From Nitrospinales bacterium (GTDB lineage: Bacteria; Nitrospinota; Nitrospinia; Nitrospinales; VA-1): a stretch of 64,000 bases of DNA. Of this stretch, positions 20,038 through 29,585 are shown piece after piece; within the stretch, counting starts at the first letter, position 1, and every line of letters begins with the position of its first letter. The translations under genes were made by a program, and so were the position numbers. Under the pieces are notes generated by a model. The model did no database searches. It was not told the origin of the DNA and saw only the letters and a list, made by a program, of their open reading frames with translations. The DNA is taken from positions 1,056,001 through 1,120,000 of the forward strand of contig OZ253496.1 of assembly GCA_965262115.1 (NCBI GenBank). The letters run 5' to 3'.

Positions 20038-20898
20038 TCATCCTCTATTGTTGGAGTTTTTCAGAGTTTCGGTGATAAACCGGTTCAGGGCAGCAAAATA
20101 GCCAGCTCCGCCCATGATATACGTGTCATTATGACCGGCCCCTTCGATAGGGTAAAACGTTTTAGGGTCTCCAGCCTGTTCAAATAATTTACGTCCAAGG
20201 TCATAAGGAACAATCTCATCGCGTGTGCCATGCAGGAACAGTTTGGCGAGCTTCAGGTGAGGGACTTTTCCCAAAGCGTCCAATTTCGATCGGATAGCCC
20301 AGCCCAGAGGAACAAGCGGGAAAACCTGTCTCGACATATCAGCGGAGTTGGTGAACACCGACTCCAGAATCAACCCTCTGGCCGGGTGGTTCATGGCCGT
20401 TTCCACCGCGCAGATGCCACCCAAAGAGCGGCCAAAAAGAAATAGCGAATCGACGGACACGCCATCCAGCTCAAGAACCTTCTTGTAAGCCGCCCGGGAA
20501 TCTCTATAGATTCTCTGCTCATCGGGTTCGCCTTCGCTTCTTCCGTAACCGCGGTAATCAAAAATAAAAATATTCAGGTTGAGCGGCTTAAGACGCTGAA
20601 TATTATCCAGTCGGTGGCTGATGTTACCAGCGTTGCCATGAAACCATAGCAGGGTCGCGACCGCATTGGGATTGGGAATAAACCAACCATGCAGTTTTAT
20701 TCCATCTTCCGCCTTGAAATAAATGTCCTGCGCCGGAACTCCAACAGATGCCGGATTCCAAAATCCTTCCGGATAGCGGGATGGATGAAAAATGATTTTG
20801 TTTTCAAAAAGGAGCAGGAAGGCCGCATAGGTCAATACAAAGAAAACCAGCAGGCCAGCAGGCTGAGTCCACGTCACTTTATTAACTCGGGTTTTCAA
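20038..20898 (-). CDS. Alpha/beta hydrolase (Bem46/ABHD-like)
   Basis: FHGNAGN, DYRGYGRSEG, GRSLGG nucleophile motif, HGTRDEIVP, GAGHND. Confidence 0.88.
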   Translation of the reverse strand: MKTRVNKVTWTQPAGLLVFFVLTYAAFLLLFENKIIFHPSRYPEGFWNPASVGVPAQDIYFKAEDGIKLHGWFIPNPNAVATLLWFHGNAGNISHRLDNIQRLKPLNLNIFIFDYRGYGRSEGEPDEQRIYRDSRAAYKKVLELDGVSVDSLFLFGRSLGGICAVETAMNHPARGLILESVFTNSADMSRQVFPLVPLGWAIRSKLDALGKVPHLKLAKLFLHGTRDEIVPYDLGRKLFEQAGDPKTFYPIEGAGHNDTYIMGGAGYFAALNRFITETLKNSNNRG

Positions 20899-22180
20899 CT
20901 TGAGAAACTTTAATTTTTAGGCCTTCCACAGAATCGACCCGAACCTTCTCCCCCTCGGCAACCTGAGTTTCTGCTTCCGCCTCCCACAATTCCCCGTGGA
21001 CCATGACACGGCCTTTTGGATTCAGGGTTTCTTTCACCAGACCGGTTTCACCAACCATTCCCTCCATCCCCCCCAGTTTCTTGAGACTGTGGGTTCGGGT
21101 AGCGAAAACGACGATGCCTAGCGACAGAACAACTGTCAAACCCAGCGTCGGGTAAAGGATGGCCCGGGAAATTTGCATGGCAGGGTCGTCACTGTCTATC
21201 AGCATGGTGGACCCGAGAAAAAGCGATATCACCCCGGACACGGATAACAGGCCGTAACTCATGAAATTGATTTCAGCGATAAACAGAATCACGCCAAAAA
21301 TGATCAGTAACAGTCCGGCGTAGTTGATTGGCAAAGCCTGCATGGCATAGAGTGCGAGAATGAGACTGATGGCACCAATCACACCGGGCAGAACCAGACC
21401 GGGATTGGACAGCTCAAAATAAAGTCCCACCATCCCAAGCATCATGAGGATGTAGGCCACGTTGGGGCTGGAAATAATATCCAGCATTTTCTGCCGGGGG
21501 TTCATCTCGTGATAAACGATCTGGAGATTTGCAGTCTTGAGCGTGACAGAGCCAGAGACGACTTGAACTTCCCTCCCATCAATAGCCAGCACCAGTGCAG
21601 TCACATCCCCCGCAATGAGATCAATGACATTGAGCTTCTTAGCCTCTTCCGCAGATATCGAAACGCTGTTGACCACCGCCAGTTCCGCCCAGTGAGCATT
21701 GCGTTTTCTAAGTTCCGCCAGAGAACGGATGTAAGCAGCGGCGTCGTTGGTCACTTTCTTTTTCATGGTTTTGGCTTGCTCGCCTTCGCCACCCCCACCC
21801 ATCATATTCACCGGACTGGCAGCACCAATATTGGTGCCCGGGGCCATGGCGGCAATATGGGACGCGATGGTGATGAACGTTCCCGCCGAGGCGGCACGCG
21901 ATCCACTCGGCGCAACAAATGAGGCCACCGGAACCTGGGAACTCTGGATTTTCTTGATAATCTGCCGCATGGAAATATCCAGTCCGCCGGGAGTATCCAT
22001 TTGCAGCACAATCAACGCATCCTGCTCGGCGTTGGCCTGGCTGATTTCGTGGGAAACATATTCGGCGACTGCGGGATTGATCGACCCTGCAAGTTTAACG
22101 ACAATCACACGGTCTTTGGAGTAAGCGGGAGGAACGACCAGAAACAAAATCAGTAACAGGAAACTAATTTGTTTGTTCAT
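20882..22180 (-). CDS. nfeD: NfeD-family membrane-bound serine protease (long form)
   Basis: DTPGG, RAASAG, AMAPGTNIGAA, TM bundle, C-terminal GRVMVHGELWEA. Confidence 0.9.
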   Translation of the reverse strand: MNKQISFLLLILFLVVPPAYSKDRVIVVKLAGSINPAVAEYVSHEISQANAEQDALIVLQMDTPGGLDISMRQIIKKIQSSQVPVASFVAPSGSRAASAGTFITIASHIAAMAPGTNIGAASPVNMMGGGGEGEQAKTMKKKVTNDAAAYIRSLAELRKRNAHWAELAVVNSVSISAEEAKKLNVIDLIAGDVTALVLAIDGREVQVVSGSVTLKTANLQIVYHEMNPRQKMLDIISSPNVAYILMMLGMVGLYFELSNPGLVLPGVIGAISLILALYAMQALPINYAGLLLIIFGVILFIAEINFMSYGLLSVSGVISLFLGSTMLIDSDDPAMQISRAILYPTLGLTVVLSLGIVVFATRTHSLKKLGGMEGMVGETGLVKETLNPKGRVMVHGELWEAEAETQVAEGEKVRVDSVEGLKIKVSQVENPS

Positions 22181-22356
22181 CAGGATGCCCTGAGAATAGG
22201 TATCGAAAGTTTTCCTTGCATGTGTTGCATTATTGTTCCACAGGGGGATGAATAAAGCAAACCCCGCGTCCGGACCGAACCTGATTTTACGTTACCGACG
22301 CTCCTTTTAATGGTAAACTTGGTTGATTGGCTATGATTTTAACTTAGGGAAATTTA

Positions 22357-22803
22357 ATGGATTATAAAACCATCTACATCGTTGATCCAGTCAGGGGCGA
22401 GCGAATTCAAATGGCAAAATTTCTCAGTGAGGAAATTTTTACTGTCATGACGTTCGTTTCTCCCAACGATTGTTTCAAAAAATCCGAACTCATTAATTGC
22501 GACCTAATGGTGTTTGTACCGCGTAAGGAAAAAAACGAGATCAAACATCTGATGAATATAAAAAAGAGGTTTCGGAAAACTCCTGTGATTTTTCTTCTCA
22601 CAGATGATTTTCCGGATATCAATCTTGCGGAAATAACAGCAAACGGGTTTCCCAACGTGTTTAAGGCCAGCAATAACGAAAAGGTGCGCGAAATTATGTT
22701 GGGCCTTCTTGCCGAGGAAGGACTACCCCCCCGGACCGAAGTGCCCCACCCCGTCCCCATTCCCCAAGAAGTGCAGGACGCCCTTTCACCGAGACCGGAA
22801 TGA
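22357..22803 (+). CDS. Atypical receiver (REC)-like single-domain protein
   Basis: IYIVD...DLMVF...TPVIFL resembles the CheY fold; no Asp at the expected phospho-acceptor position. Confidence 0.55.
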   Translation: MDYKTIYIVDPVRGERIQMAKFLSEEIFTVMTFVSPNDCFKKSELINCDLMVFVPRKEKNEIKHLMNIKKRFRKTPVIFLLTDDFPDINLAEITANGFPNVFKASNNEKVREIMLGLLAEEGLPPRTEVPHPVPIPQEVQDALSPRPE

Positions 22804-23663
22804 GCAACACGCCCAAAACCACCCAAGCAATTTCTACAGGCTCCTTTAGCATAGGTGGAAAGAATCCTCTGGCGCTGATCGCGGGCCCCTGTGTGATTGA
22901 ATCTGAAAAAATTGCCCGGGACATCGCCGAAAAACTAAAACGTATTACCGGAGACCTGGGAGTTCCCTTTATTTTCAAAGCTTCCTACGATAAAGCCAAC
23001 CGGTCTTCCATTCAATCGTTTCGCGGCCCGGGATTGAAAGAAGGATTAAAAATCCTGCAAAAGATCAAGACCGATCTGGAACTTCCCGTTTTATCCGATG
23101 TCCACAAGGAAGAAGAAGTCGAACCCGCGGCGGAAGTGCTCGATGTTTTACAGATCCCGGCATTTCTTTGTCGGCAAACGGATCTTCTGGTGAAAGCCGC
23201 TAGCACCGGCAAACCGGTCAATGTTAAAAAAGGGCAGTTCATGGCCCCATGGGATATGAAGAATGTCGTGAACAAACTTGAAGAGAGCGGCAATAAAAAT
23301 ATCCTGCTGACCGAACGAGGGGCGACCTTTGGCTACAACAATCTGGTGGTGGATATGCGTTCCCTTGTTTTGATGCGGGACTACGGCTATCCGGTGATCT
23401 TCGATTCTACCCACAGCCTGCAACAACCCGGAGGCCAGGGGACGAAGAGTCGCGGACAAAGGGAGATGATCCCCGACCTCGCCCGTGGAGCGGTAGGAGT
23501 GGGTTGTGATGCCCTGTTTATGGAAACCCACCCGGACCCCGACCAGGCATTATCAGATGGACCCAATATGCTGAAACTCGACCTGCTCCCAGAACTTCTG
23601 GAACAATTGATCGCTCTGGATCACATCGTTCGCGGCAAAGGACAAATGATCGAAAACCCATAG
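22800..23663 (+). CDS. kdsA: KDO 8-phosphate synthase
   Basis: [52 protein letters not shown]. Confidence 0.97.
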   Translation: MSNTPKTTQAISTGSFSIGGKNPLALIAGPCVIESEKIARDIAEKLKRITGDLGVPFIFKASYDKANRSSIQSFRGPGLKEGLKILQKIKTDLELPVLSDVHKEEEVEPAAEVLDVLQIPAFLCRQTDLLVKAASTGKPVNVKKGQFMAPWDMKNVVNKLEESGNKNILLTERGATFGYNNLVVDMRSLVLMRDYGYPVIFDSTHSLQQPGGQGTKSRGQREMIPDLARGAVGVGCDALFMETHPDPDQALSDGPNMLKLDLLPELLEQLIALDHIVRGKGQMIENP

Positions 23664-23673
23664 AGGGAAGATC

Positions 23674-24624
23674 ATGAAACAGTTTTTCATCACTCTCCTT
23701 ACAGGAATTTTGTTTTTCCCCCTTATCTCTGAGGCCAACCCAAAGGGCACCTGGGTTGAGCTTTCTCCCACTCCTATTAAAAGAACAGAGTCTTCTTCCG
23801 CGCTCGTCGGCGAAAAAATTTATTTACTGGGAGGGTTCACTCCGAACGGAATTTCCAACAAGGTGGATGTATGGGACCCCGAGTCTGGAACCTGGAACCA
23901 AATCATTCCCCTTCCCCGCGGTCTGCACCACACAACAGCTTCTGTGGTGGACGGTAAACTTTATGTCATCGGCGGGTTTGATTCCGGTACATGGAGATCC
24001 GTTGATGTGAACTACGAGTATGATCCTAAAATCCTACGCTGGACAGCCAAAGCTCCCATGCCCACCGCGCGCGGAGCGCTCGCGGCTGGAGTGGTTGATG
24101 GCAAGATTCATTTAGTCGGAGGCGCGCATCGCAAATTTTTCAATCTGGTCAACACCCCTGCCCATGAAGTTTATGATCCCAAAACAGATAGCTGGCAAAC
24201 CCTTGCCCCCATGCCCACCGCGCGCGATCACCTTGCCGTTTCCGTAACAGGCGGAAAACTGCACGCCATCGGCGGACGGGTGGACGTCAACTATAATAAT
24301 AACCTGGATGCCCATGAATCTTACGATTCCAAAGCTGGCAAGTGGAACCGCCACGCTCCTCTGCCTACAGCCCGTAGCGGTATCACCTCTCAGGTGCTGA
24401 ATGGGTTGATCCATGTCTTTGGCGGCGAATCAGGGAAAGGAACCTTCGTTGAAAATGAAGCCTATGATCCTTCAACCCATAAATGGAAAACCTTCAACCC
24501 CATGCCGTCAGGCAGACACGGGCTGGCATCTGTTTTGTGGAAAAATCAAATTCACCTTCTAACCGGGGGACCTAATCCAGGTGGAGGTGGAAGCAATACT
24601 CATCTTGTATTCAAACTGAATTGA
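23674..24624 (+). CDS. Exported Kelch-repeat beta-propeller protein
   Basis: Signal peptide; six GG...YDP...W...P(M/L)P repeats. Confidence 0.88.
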   Translation: MKQFFITLLTGILFFPLISEANPKGTWVELSPTPIKRTESSSALVGEKIYLLGGFTPNGISNKVDVWDPESGTWNQIIPLPRGLHHTTASVVDGKLYVIGGFDSGTWRSVDVNYEYDPKILRWTAKAPMPTARGALAAGVVDGKIHLVGGAHRKFFNLVNTPAHEVYDPKTDSWQTLAPMPTARDHLAVSVTGGKLHAIGGRVDVNYNNNLDAHESYDSKAGKWNRHAPLPTARSGITSQVLNGLIHVFGGESGKGTFVENEAYDPSTHKWKTFNPMPSGRHGLASVLWKNQIHLLTGGPNPGGGGSNTHLVFKLN

Positions 24625-24634
24625 TTCAGGGATA

Positions 24635-24782
24635 AATATTGAAAGAGGGAGGGAGGGCGGCTCCATTGGTAGGGAGCCGGAGAGCAAAGCTTGTTAGCCA
24701 TCGATTTGGCACGCCACGGATTGGGTCACTTGTAGGTGAACCCAATCCGTTGGAGGTGGCAGTGCCAGTTCGAATCTTCAAT
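24635..24782 (-). ncRNA. Candidate structured sRNA
   Basis: Long hairpin 24701-24773, short hairpin 24658-24679, C-rich tail; lies just downstream of a sigma-54-like motif; no convincing ORF. Confidence 0.45.
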
Positions 24783-24791
24783 CATCTATAC

Positions 24792-24807
24792 AACAATCCT
24801 CATGCCA
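24792..24807 (-). promoter_or_regulatory. Sigma-54-like promoter
   Basis: TGGCATGAGGATTGTT: GG-N10-GT, one mismatch to the canonical -12 GC. Confidence 0.5.
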
Positions 24808-24907
24808 ATTTGTTTTACAGCCTGGAAAAACCCCATAAACCTTTATAAAAAAACTATCTCCTGTTTTTTTCCTGGGGGTTTGCTGAGTCAAAATTCCCCT
24901 ACATTGA

Positions 24908-25075
24908 GAGACCTTTGCATAACCCAAGATTCTTCGTTGCAATAGCTCCTCAGAATGACAAGATAGCCTTTTATTGTCATGCTGAGCTAGTGATATTTGA
25001 CCTTTGAATTCTTGCCCCGTAGGGGTATCTCGAAGCATCTCGCTTTTCTGCTTTATAGACTTACGCAAAGGTTTC
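24908..25075. mobile_element. MITE copy 2 (inverted, with 39-bp internal insertion)
   Basis: Same TIRs; flanks CTACATTGA/CTCCATTGA; extra segment 24991-25029. Confidence 0.88.
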
Positions 25076-25225
25076 CTCCATTGAGTGCAAGTTTTCCCTG
25101 CCTGGCGTCAATTTTTACCTATTTTTCTGTAATATAGTCCTTTCATTTTTATCAATAAAAACCCCAGTCAAAGAGGACCTGTGGCAAAGTAGGTAGGATA
25201 GATAAGAATTTTTGAGGAAAACATA

Positions 25226-26143
25226 ATGTTAAACATGGAAAAATTGTTCCCACCGGATTCCATGACCATAATGATTGTTGATGACACCCAGGCCAATGTC
25301 CTTGTTCTGCAACGCGCTCTGGCAAGCATCGGATACAATATTTCAGTGGCCTTCGACGGAGAAATGGCCCTGAACCTGATCCCAAAACTGAAACCCGATC
25401 TGATATTACTGGATGTCATGATGCCGAAAATCGATGGCATTGAAGTATGCAGGCGCCTTAAAAAAGACGAGGAATTGATGGGCATACCCATTATCTTCAT
25501 TACCGCAAAGGGAGACGTTGAAAATATCCTGGAAGGGTTTGAAGTGGGAGCGGTGGATTACATCATGAAACCTTTCAACCTTAAAGAAGTCATCGCCAGG
25601 GTCAAAACCCATCTGGTTTTGTCCGCCGCTATCAAAAAATTGATCCAGGATAGTGAAACAGACTCTCTGACCGGCCTGTTCAATCGGAGAACTTTCTTAA
25701 AAAAGATTGAGAATGAAGCCATGCGCACCAAACGCAACCAGAAACCTTTTTCTATCCTTTTTGGCGATATCGATTTTTTCAAAAAAATCAACGACACCTA
25801 TGGTCATGCAGCGGGCGATGATGTTTTGATAAAAATCAGCAAGCTCCTGAACACAGAAAAACGGGAGATAGACCAGGTGGCAAGATGGGGAGGAGAAGAA
25901 TTTCTGATTTTACTTCCTGAAACAGATTTAAAAGGAGCCGCTCAGCTTGGCAATAAAATCCGGGAACAGGTTTCCGCAAATCCCTTTATCTTTGAGGATC
26001 AGAAAATTCCCATAACCATGAGTTTCGGAGTCAGCAAGTATTCAGGAGATACCTCTATCGAAAAAACCATCGACCAAGCCGACCAAAGGCTTTATCTCGC
26101 AAAAAACTCCGGCATAAACAAAGTCGTGTCGGAAGACGCATGA
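25226..26143 (+). CDS. Response regulator diguanylate cyclase (REC + GGDEF)
   Basis: IVDD, LLDVMMP, DYIMKPF; DSLTGLFNRR, DIDFFKKINDTYGH, RxxD I-site (REID), GGEEF. Confidence 0.95.
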   Translation: MLNMEKLFPPDSMTIMIVDDTQANVLVLQRALASIGYNISVAFDGEMALNLIPKLKPDLILLDVMMPKIDGIEVCRRLKKDEELMGIPIIFITAKGDVENILEGFEVGAVDYIMKPFNLKEVIARVKTHLVLSAAIKKLIQDSETDSLTGLFNRRTFLKKIENEAMRTKRNQKPFSILFGDIDFFKKINDTYGHAAGDDVLIKISKLLNTEKREIDQVARWGGEEFLILLPETDLKGAAQLGNKIREQVSANPFIFEDQKIPITMSFGVSKYSGDTSIEKTIDQADQRLYLAKNSGINKVVSEDA

Positions 26144-26157
26144 ACCAAATGTTAAAT

Positions 26158-26910
26158 TTAACGCAACAGGTCGGAAAGAAACCTTGTCAACACCTGAGTC
26201 GCGATTTGAGTTTGCGCGCGAAGCGACAGGGCGCTTTTGATAGAACCCGGGTGTGTCAACACATACCATCCGGCTTTGAGGGTCGAGATTTCTCCATCAC
26301 TTCCCAGAAATGAGGAGCTGTCCAGAAGTTCCTGATCAAGCCTGTCAGAGATCACCCGCACAGACAGTAAAGGCAAACCCTTTTCTTCAGCCACTCTGGC
26401 GATCGCCGAAGTTTCCATTTCCACTGCTTGAACACTATAACTTTTTCCCAGTTCCCGCTTGGTCACTGAGTCATGAATCACGCTATCGACGGTTAGTAGT
26501 CCACCCACAACCGTCTTGACTCCATCGGGACAAGGAATGTTCCTGGCACGGCCCAACCAATCTGGATCGGGAAAATATTTCCCTTCTTCTTTTGCTTCCA
26601 GAATGGTATCGGCAATCACCAGATCACCGACATTCAGTTCCGGCTGAACCGCGCCAGCATAGCCGGTGCTGATCAGGGCCCTGGGTTGAAAACGGTCGAT
26701 GACTTGAAGGGCGGCATCCTCGGCCCTTTGTTTGCCAACGCCGGACCGGACCAGGACAATATTCTGCTTCCCACACTTGCCGGGCCAGGCAGAAGTTTTA
26801 CCGAGACGCACATGATCTGAAATATTCATGGCACATTTGACACCGGCAATTTCTTCTTTTACTGCTCCAAATATGGCAATGCAATCATCCATAGAACAGA
26901 AGTATACCAC
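26158..26910 (-). CDS. Nucleoside phosphorylase family protein (MTA/SAH nucleosidase- or HpnG-like)
   Basis: SGVG, STGYAGA, VGDLVI, AVEMET, VRVISD. Confidence 0.8.
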   Translation of the reverse strand: MVYFCSMDDCIAIFGAVKEEIAGVKCAMNISDHVRLGKTSAWPGKCGKQNIVLVRSGVGKQRAEDAALQVIDRFQPRALISTGYAGAVQPELNVGDLVIADTILEAKEEGKYFPDPDWLGRARNIPCPDGVKTVVGGLLTVDSVIHDSVTKRELGKSYSVQAVEMETSAIARVAEEKGLPLLSVRVISDRLDQELLDSSSFLGSDGEISTLKAGWYVLTHPGSIKSALSLRAQTQIATQVLTRFLSDLLR

Positions 26911-27129
26911 CCTCTTTCAACCCGGCATTTTAAATCCCACGAGTGGGTTTTATTCCCCGTGGCTTGCCACGTCCTGTTAAATAACACTTTATTGTCCGCT
27001 TGCGGCGGAGTTGCTCATTTACCTCCCCCAGATTGATAAACAACATTATAATGAGCTTGATTTGATATAATTTCCCCAGACTTGGAAAAAGGGAGAACAA
27101 CCATAGAAAAGGCAACAACAGATTCGGAA

Positions 27130-27430
27130 ATGATAGAATCCATGGCAAAATGGTTTACCACGGGAGAATCTCTTCTGGCGATGATTTTTGCGCTGGCTGT
27201 ATTGATTGTGACATTGCGCATCATTTACCGTCCCCGCCAAGATCCCCTGTCTGTCAGGTTACTCGGCAGTCTCATGGTCATTTCTCTATCCTTTGGTGCC
27301 AACCACCCAATTATATATGGATAATGCTTTTCTTGGCACGCTAGTTCTTCGATACGACCTGGAAGCCGATCAATTTCACAACGAGGACAGGGCAATAAAA
27401 ATTCTTGAAGCTTGGCAGAAAGCTGAATAA
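27130..27430 (+). pseudogene. Fragmented membrane-protein gene
   Basis: Hydrophobic ORF stops at 27324; a different frame continues AFLGTLVLRYD...WQKAE* to 27430. Confidence 0.45.
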
Positions 27431-27516
27431 AATGGCAGCCGCATTTCCCCTAATAGCACTTCTCTGCAAATTCAAGTGTTTCCAATTTCCCATTACTCAG
27501 GAGAAATCTTTAACTC

Positions 27517-28899
27517 ATGGCAAAGCTGAAACTGAATATTCCTGTAAAAAGAGGGGACCGGCTTGAGCTGGATGTCGAAACGCTAGCCTCCAGCGGTGAC
27601 GGCCTTTGCCGACACGAGGGCTACACCCTGTTCACACCGGGCGGACTGCCCGGCGACCGCGTCCTGGGAAAAATTATCAAAACCACACCACGTTTTGGCG
27701 TGGTCGATGTCTTGAAAAGAATTGAGCTGTCGAAAGACCGTGTCGGTCCGCCCTGCCCGGTTTTCTTCAAATGCGGCGGCTGCAAATTTCAGGACCTGAA
27801 CTACGAAAAACAATTGCAGTTTAAAATCCAGGTGGTCAAGGACAGCCTGCAACGCATCGCCCATATCGAAATCCCAGAAAAAATTGAAATCATCCCTGCC
27901 GACACCGAATACCAATATCGCAACAAAGGTAGTTTCGCGGTGCAGGGAAAAGGAGGAAAACCTCAAATCGGATTTTACGCAGAAGGCTCTCATGAGATTG
28001 CCGACTCCACCACCTGTGACATTCTTCTGCCCGCTATCAATGACACAAAGGAATGGCTGCGCCAGCTTTTGGAAAAACACGATATCTCTATCTACAACGA
28101 ACGCCATTACCGGGGACTGCTGCGCGGATTGATCATTCGGCATTCCGCATCTACGGGGGAAACCCTGGTCGGACTGGTCACCCACAAAGGAAGGTTCCCA
28201 AGAGGGTTCCTCGCCGAACTGACCAATGAGGATCATTTAAAAAAGCTGGGCATTGTCGGGCTGATTCAAAACATCAATATGCAAAACACCAATGTCATAC
28301 TAGGTTCCGAAGAGCGGGTGTTGTGGGGCAAAAACCGTTACAGGGAAAATCTTGGAGGGTTAAACTTTCATCTGTCTCTGGGCTCGTTTTTCCAGGTGCA
28401 TTCCGAACAGGCGGAAAAGCTATATACCCTCATCAACCAATGGACCGAGGGAAGCCAATCCGTAGTCGATGCCTATAGCGGGTCGGGAGGCATCGCCCTG
28501 TGGCTGGCAAAACAGGGTAGAAATGTTATCGGAATTGAAAAATTTGCACCCGCGATGGAAGATGCCAGACTGAGCGCCGAAAGCAATGGACTGTCAAACT
28601 GCCGCTTCCTCACCGGAACGGTGGAAGAACATGCACCTGCTTTGGATGAAACCCCTCACACCTTCATCGTCGACCCTCCCCGCAAAGGTTGCTCCGAAAC
28701 GGTCATTCAAACTTTAGTCGATACCCATCCCCAACAGATTATTTATGTTTCGTGCAATCCATCCACCCTGGCGCGTGATGTGGAACGCCTTGATGGATAT
28801 CGAATTCAGGATATCCGGTTGATCGACATGTTTCCCCAGACCCAGCATGTAGAAATCGCTGTCCGCCTCACCCGAAAACACCCTGATAAAAAAGAGTAA
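27517..28899 (+). CDS. rlmD: 23S rRNA (uracil-C5)-methyltransferase, RlmD/TrmA family
   Basis: TRAM domain, CPVFFKCGGC Fe-S motif, YRNK, SFFQV, DAYSGSG, DPPRKG, YVSCNP, DMFPQTQHVE. Confidence 0.92.
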   Translation: MAKLKLNIPVKRGDRLELDVETLASSGDGLCRHEGYTLFTPGGLPGDRVLGKIIKTTPRFGVVDVLKRIELSKDRVGPPCPVFFKCGGCKFQDLNYEKQLQFKIQVVKDSLQRIAHIEIPEKIEIIPADTEYQYRNKGSFAVQGKGGKPQIGFYAEGSHEIADSTTCDILLPAINDTKEWLRQLLEKHDISIYNERHYRGLLRGLIIRHSASTGETLVGLVTHKGRFPRGFLAELTNEDHLKKLGIVGLIQNINMQNTNVILGSEERVLWGKNRYRENLGGLNFHLSLGSFFQVHSEQAEKLYTLINQWTEGSQSVVDAYSGSGGIALWLAKQGRNVIGIEKFAPAMEDARLSAESNGLSNCRFLTGTVEEHAPALDETPHTFIVDPPRKGCSETVIQTLVDTHPQQIIYVSCNPSTLARDVERLDGYRIQDIRLIDMFPQTQHVEIAVRLTRKHPDKKE

Positions 28900-28946
28900 C
28901 ACCCAGGCAAGTTGCCTGACTGGGCGATTTATGGCATATCTATAAT

Positions 28947-29443
28947 ATGGAAAACAGCCTAAAAATCAGCTTGCTAAAGGGGACAGACCTGCTCAGTTTT
29001 TTTCGATGCGTCTACTCTGTCCAAACTGGTTGAGCATTGCCGGGAGATTTCTATCTCGCCGAAAGAAGTTCTTTGCCATGAGGATGATCTTGAAAATGCC
29101 ATGTACCTCATCCTCGACAGTTTTTAATCCACTGGACATTCAGCGTGTTCTGCAAAACCTGATCATCAACGCCGGTTACGTCACCGAAAGCGGAGGTAAG
29201 ATAGATATCGGGGTCATTCGAAAAGATGGAGCCATAAAGGTCAGCGTGACGGATAAAGGTTGCGGTATTCCAGAAGAGGTTCAAGGATATCTTTTCAAGG
29301 ATTCACTAACCACCAAAAGTGATGGGAACGGACTGGGCCTGCTCTCCTGCAAAGGCATTATCGAGGAAAATCACCAGGGCAAGCTCTGGTTTGAAACTGA
29401 AGTTGGAAAAGGAACCACCTTCCACTTCACCCTCCCCCTCTAG
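28947..29443 (+). pseudogene. Internally deleted cNMP-binding domain / histidine kinase gene
   Basis: N-terminal cNMP-like fragment (frameshift in T7 at 28997-29003; ...EVLCHEDDLENAMYLIL) joined out of frame to HATPase_c (NLIINA, DKGCGI, GNGLGL, GKGTTF); no H-box. Confidence 0.75.
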
Positions 29444-29493
29444 CGAGGGACGCAATGCGGCGGTGACGCTACGCGACCGCCAAAGCATCGGGC

Positions 29494-29575
29494 TGTGATA
29501 TCCTCTTCCATGAATTTCATGCCCCTGTTATATCCTCTTCCATAAATCTCATGCCCCGCAGGGGTAGAAGGGGTA
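29494..29575. repeat. 32-bp tandem duplication plus repeat family Y hairpin
   Basis: 29494-29525 vs 29526-29557 match 29/32; 29516-29575 resembles 41006-41065. Confidence 0.75.
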
Positions 29576-29585
29576 CGCGGAGTGG

